This document shows positions 58,350 to 64,000 of a DNA stretch of 64,000 nt, piece by piece. Below the pieces are notes generated by a model that had not been told where the DNA came from, searched no databases, and saw only the letters and a list, made by a program, of their open reading frames with translations. The stretch covers positions 37,791 through 101,790 of the forward strand of contig CAWAPJ010000017.1 in the NCBI GenBank assembly GCA_963783885.1. The letters run 5' to 3'. Position numbers and translations under genes: made by a program. Position 1 is the first letter of the stretch, and each line of letters begins with the position of its first letter. The DNA comes from Waddliaceae bacterium. Lineage in GTDB: Bacteria; Chlamydiota; Chlamydiia; Chlamydiales; SLFE01.

Positions 58350-61300
58350 GTTAATAAAAAGCTGATAGCTGAATTCCAAACCTGGCAAAATGATCATAGC
58401 CAGCAGCTGAGCGAAGCTTTTTATTAACTTATACTTCTTCATGGTAATGATTTCTTACATCTTGCAATGCTTTTGCAAAATCATTGTTTTCAATAACTTC
58501 CTTACCCTTAAGCGCTATGTAAATAAGAAAAGTATAGACCTCTTTTTCTCCTTTTAAAGGTTTCAAGTCCTCAAGCTTATCAAGTTTGAATCCATTTGCT
58601 TTATCAGCTGCCTCATTTGTCTCATTAGATTGAAAGTAATATTGCAATAAAAGATTAAGACCAATTGTGGCTAGTACCCTATCAACTTTGTATTGATAAG
58701 TGAGACGATGAGATTTTTGATGCGAAGCGTGGAGATCGAAGGAAACTTAGTCAAGTTTCCGAGATCGAACGCAATGGCAGTTGCGAAAAGATCGAGTCTC
58801 ACTTATCAATACAAAGTTGATAGGGTACTAGTATTCAGGTACCTCCTCCTATAACGTAGCTAAAGAGATTAGAGCTTTTTTCAACTAAGGTGTTCGCTAC
58901 AGCCTGTGCAACGATTGACCTCACAAGGCCTTTTCCTAAAAACAGGCGCGTCCAATTACTTAATGTCTTAGTTCCTGCTTAAACCAACTGGCTGTTGTTC
59001 ATACTTAAGCATGACAACAGAGCTCTTGAATCAGCTGTTGAGTGAGTTGCGAAGGATTTCACCTCGAGATTGACTTCCGAAGTTATGAAAATGACACCAA
59101 TTCGCGGAATCCGGGGGAGCGTTGACGGTTCATTTTAATTAAAGTATCGACACCGACTTCACTGGCCTTTCTTACAGTGTTTTCCAGCAGAAATAAAGAA
59201 CCTCTACAGGAATTACGCTTAGTGGCCCCTTCAGCTTCCAGCGCTTTTAAAACATTTTGCCGGTCTGAGCACCCAAACAACATTTTTTTGCCATTTTCAA
59301 GTACCATATAAAAAAGGTAAATAGACTCAGGGGCGTTTTCCCTGGGGAATTTTGTGAATAATTGATAATACAATGAGTCAGGGTTTCCCTTTGAGGCCAG
59401 ATCGAAATAAGGAAACCAACACTGATATCTGCAGCACGATTCAATTAATAACAGCCTCCTAATCACTTTCTAATCAGTTTAAGTCCAATTAATTAAAAAA
59501 ATTCAATTAAAGATTGATTTATTCTATTTGCCAACTAAAATTTTTAAGGAATAGCTCCCCGCAAGATATCCGGGTGAGTGGAATAAAATTTAGCTATAAT
59601 GATTTAAATCAGACAATTAGAGCAGGCTGAGGAGTCTGAGCTATATTAAGCATTTAGAGTAGATTGGCTATTGCATTTTGACTGCGTGGGATTGCTTGGA
59701 TCATAATCCCAATAAGAAGTGCTATACCCTTGGCTTGCAGCCCAGGAGGCAAAAGCGTTTGAATCATAGGCGTTTGCAGCAGGATCCAACCCAACAGTAA
59801 TTTGAGAAGGAGTGAAGTTATAGTTAGTCTTCATCCAATCAGCCCATTCCATTGACCCAATTTTGTTCATCAGACATGCTGTTGAAATAGGACATAATAT
59901 ATAAACGGTCGACGCCGCCGTGTGTTTCCCCTGTCGATGGATCGGTGTAGAGAGAGGCATTCAAAATGTTCTCAAACAACTCCTCTGCCATGGGAAATTG
60001 GTTCCAAATCCGGCATTGGTATGCCAGGCTTGTCTGGTAGTCAGGGTTAATTGTTTTAAAATCCTTGATCAATGTACCGACAAGCGCTTGCTTTGCCGGG
60101 TTGTCATTTGCTGAAGTGAATTCCTCGCAGTCAATCAACCCGTAGTCTGGCAAAAGTCTGACAAAGCTTGCTGCAAAAGGATAAACATACTGTTTGTTAA
60201 TACATCCCAAGTGTTATCATAAGAACCCCGCTTCCTCCCCAAGGAAAATTTCACATTAATTCCCTTAGCATGGCATTTCTTGAATAACAAGTAATTTAGA
60301 TCAGGAGGATTTTGCGACAGGTTGAACAAAAGTGCCTATAGTTGGATTCCCATTAGCATCTAAGGACATATTTCCGACAAAAGATTCACAGTATTCACCC
60401 CTTCAGGAATGGGGGTGTTCCAGCTAGTCCAATCGACATTGCGAGTGCCATTTTCAACTTTATTAGCTAAAGATGACTGTTGAGTTACCGGGGTTACACC
60501 GGTCGTGCCTGTTGTTATTGTAGACCAGTGAGACCCGTCGTAGAACCAGAGCTTGTTGTGTGCTGGATTCCCGAAGAAGATCCTGTGTTGGATGTTTCAC
60601 CTTGAGAAGCTCCTAGTGCATCATTATAAAACTGCGCGACCTGGTTTTCAATATCTGCACAGGCATCCTGGAAAGTTGATAAGGTCACCGTGGAGAATTT
60701 CCATATTGACTCACATAAATAGGATAAAGCTGCTGTTGAAGAGCCGCCGATTCTTTTTTATCATTTATCACATTAGATTGAATTTGAGTGTGGAATACGG
60801 CAATTGGTTTATAGAATTAATTTTTGAGTTAATATCATTGTAATAACTTAAGTATTGGCTGTAAACCAATCTGCATCCGGACTTCTTCCGCTGGATGTCA
60901 TTAGAACTCGTGGACGATGGTTGTGCCACTCGTTGATGATGAATCGGTACTGGAACTCCCTGAAGAGGATGTCGATGATGATCCTGATGAATTAGCTACT
61001 TCATTTGAAAAACATTAATCGGTGAAGAACTTGATGATGTTGAATATGTATTTGTCACGTCGTCATAAATTTGCGTTGCTTGTGACCTCCTATATACTGA
61101 ACATCAGTTTCTCGAAGGTTTCTAAAGTAGCGCTAGAGTTGTTATATTGGTTTTGATAGATAGGATATAATTGCTCTTGCGAAGCAACTGATATTGATTA
61201 ATGTAATCAGCCCTTGATGGAACTGATCGAAGTAGATGGAATTTGATTCACGGCATTAATGACATCATTGATATCATTATAGTATGTCAAATATTTTTGA

Positions 61301-64000
61301 TAAATTTAATCAGCCTCAGAGCTTCTAAGCGATTTTGAAGGCGTCTGACTATTTGAGACAGGATTAACCACGAGAACAAATCTTCTTATTAAATTAGCTT
61401 ATTATTATTAAATTAGAACTTTCTCTTATTTTTATTTTAACATTTTAAAATTTTTGTTACCATTGGAAAAGAAGCGTATTCATCTTTTCTATAAAACTTA
61501 TCCTATTGATATTGAATGTTCTTAGATTTCACCAAATGATTTTTAATTATGAATATCGTATGCATGAAACAAAAAGGCGAAGTTGGCCAGCAACGTGAAA
61601 AACCAAAAGAAAGAAAATATCCCAAATAACCTCATTTGTCTTATATCACAGTGTCCGTCATGCAAAAGAATCAGTCCGGCTGCCGTTGTTATCAATAAGA
61701 AGATCATAAATGGCCAAAGGAACTGTTGTTGGATTTTTCTGGACCGTTTCGGAAAGGCATAGGTAAATTAGCAAGTGTATCGAAATGATTCCTACCAGTT
61801 TAATTGAAAGCTTGTTCTGTCCGGAAATTATCTCAGGGTATAGAATAATTAAATTTGCACAGCTTCCCAGGAATGAAATTACAGTCCACGACAAACCATA
61901 ATGCTATGGACTCATGACCCAGTCTTTTCGCCGGGCATGGTGATAAAGGACCATTCGGACGATCCGAGGGGTCAAAATTTAATGAGAAAATAAAAGATAG
62001 GCGCTAAATTAAATCCGAACATTATGTAAACGCCCACATTCAAAAAAAATCTTTGCATCCTTAAAGGTATTGAGAAAATCGGTGTTATATCCCGAATGGA
62101 AAGAGTTTGTGAACATTCAGGACAAGCGGCATGATCTGGATCTATTGTGCCAGCCAATCCCGGCTAAAAATAGGACGGCGCTTGGTTCTCGGCTAAAGGG
62201 GGAGTTTTTGGAAATGCGATTTGCGACGGAAACCTCCATAATTTGGAGATGAGCTTATCACTTTTACAAGTAAGGGTCAAATCGGCTGTAATCAATACTT
62301 ATGTTTTAAAGGAAAAAAGCATTAGCATATTTCATATAAAAGATTTATTAATGATATTAAAAAGACTTATGTTTTTAGACGATAAAATATCGTTCGCGTG
62401 AAACCAAAGGGCGAGGTTGGCTAGTAACATAAAACCAAAAGAGAGAGCAAATATCCCAAATAACCTTAATTGTCTTATATGACAATGCCTGTCATGAGAA
62501 ATAAGTGCGGCTGCCATTGTCATCAATCCCAAATCATAAACGACCGTAGGAGCTGGACTAAGAAACCCGGACTGTTTCGGAAAGGCATAGATAATTAGCA
62601 AGTGTAGTCAAAATGATTCCCAGATTAATTAAAAGCCTGCTTGGTCCCGGAGATTCTTTTAAGGTTTATTGGAAATAAATATGCATGTTCCCAGTAACGA
62701 AGTAACACTACCAAGAACTCCATAATGCCATGGATTTTATAGCCAGTTTTCTTGACAGGACATAATGGTGAATAATAGTTAGGCAATCTGATTTCATGTA
62801 TTCACTCATTGAATAAAACACGTGAGCAACATACAAAAGGGTCATTATATAAAAGATCCCTGAGCCTTGAATGATTCTTCGGATTGTTGAAGGCGTAGTG
62901 GAAATTGGTGTTATATCCCAAATGGAAAGAGTTTGTGAACATTCAGGACAGGGCAGCATTATCTTCAATAAATTGCGCCAGCCAGTCCCCGGCTAAAAAC
63001 ATGATGGCATTTGGTCTCGGCTAAAAGGGGGCGTTTTCGGAAATGTGATTTGCACCGGAACCTCCCATAATTTGGAGATCAGCGTATCACTTTTACAAAT
63101 AAGGGTCAAATCATCTATAATTGACACTTATGTTTTCAAGAAAAGAATTGCTTTATTTAATTTTTCCCTGTTTCTATGTTGTAATTATTTTCATGGCAAA
63201 TTTAATAGCTGTCAAATTAATCGCTTTGCCCTTTTTCCCGTCTGCTCGGCCATACCTTGCGGACTGATTCTTTTTCCTTTCACGTTTCTCGTTGCCGACC
63301 TTGTGACCCAAAACTCGGAAGGTCCAAAAGCAAGGCTCATGATTTATCTGGGCTTAACCCTCTGCATACTCTCCCAGTTGATCCTAATGATTGGGATCAA
63401 GCTGACCCACCCGAACGGCTATGAGGATCCCGATTTTTTCCAAAACTCTTTTTCTGCAATTTTCGGACTGAACGGAATAGCTTTTTGATCAGCTCTTTAA
63501 TCGCGTATGGATTGTCCCAAATCCTCGATATGCACCTCTTTGGATTTTTAAAAGAACTGACAAAGGGTAGGCATTTATGGCTGCGCAGCGCTGTGTCCAC
63601 CTGGGTGTCGCAAATTATTGATACACTTGTTGTGAATGTCCTCTTTTTATATTGCGGATTAAAGCTGGATCTGGAAATCGTCCTTCTCATCAGCTTGTAT
63701 AGCTACTTTGTTAAAACAGTTTTTTTACCCTTGTCAATATACCGGGGAAAATGTCTGTGAAGGCAAGTAAACAATTTATTAAATCCACCCTCGGCGGTCA
63801 CAGCATGAATGAATTTTTCATACGAAATAAAAGATGGCTGACACCCCTTGTCCTGTTAAAGCACCACTTACCCCTTATATCGACTTTTCATCGTATTATT
63901 TTTATGTTCTGCCAGGAACAAGTTTACGGGTTTTACCAGTTTATTTTCGATTTCGCTCAGTTGCCCGGCTTCCTGGTCTCCGAGGCACACTCATCATCCT

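Larger units (their letters stand above)
52793..64000. repeat. Giant inverted repeat: ~58394-64000 is a degraded reverse complement of ~52793-58393 (probable fold-back read artefact)
   Basis: Apex near ATGATCAT (58390-58397); right arm mirrors the MITE, GH18 gene, both RING-like genes, yhhQ and part of the PAP2 gene, with many indels breaking every ORF. Confidence 0.93.

Noticed and set aside
58394-64000. Fragmented ORFs resembling GH18, RING-like, yhhQ and PAP2 pseudogenes, and a second MITE copy (~58673-58828)
   Set aside because: All are mirror images within the probable fold-back arm, not independent loci.

Overview
Chromosomal segment of an environmental chlamydia (Parachlamydiales-like), inferred from gene content and order: murF-mraY-murD-nlpD-ftsW-murG...murC/ddl fusion-ftsQ; SWIB-lpxG-ispD-truA with prfB-GNAT-yebC nearby; tyrP-ftsY-sucCD-htrA-PreP-pssA. 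Between these conserved blocks lie AT-rich accessory genes with eukaryotic-type domains: a RasGEF/CDC25-domain protein plus a truncated paralog splitting the dcw cluster, a Ser/Thr kinase, an F-box protein, two tandem membrane-anchored U-box/RING-like proteins, and a GH18 chitinase-like protein with two copies of an unrecognised ~90-aa N-terminal domain. Non-coding structure includes tRNA-Cys, the prfB +1 frameshift, three different hairpin mini-elements with apparent target-site duplications (one interrupts a reading frame), a ~170-nt candidate structured RNA, and three local tandem duplications that each carry a relic of a neighbouring housekeeping gene end. The last ~5.6 kb (about 58394-64000) is an error-rich inverted copy of about 52793-58393, most likely a long-read fold-back artefact; its ORFs should not be counted as genes. 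All calls come from reading motifs and synteny by eye; no database searches were run.
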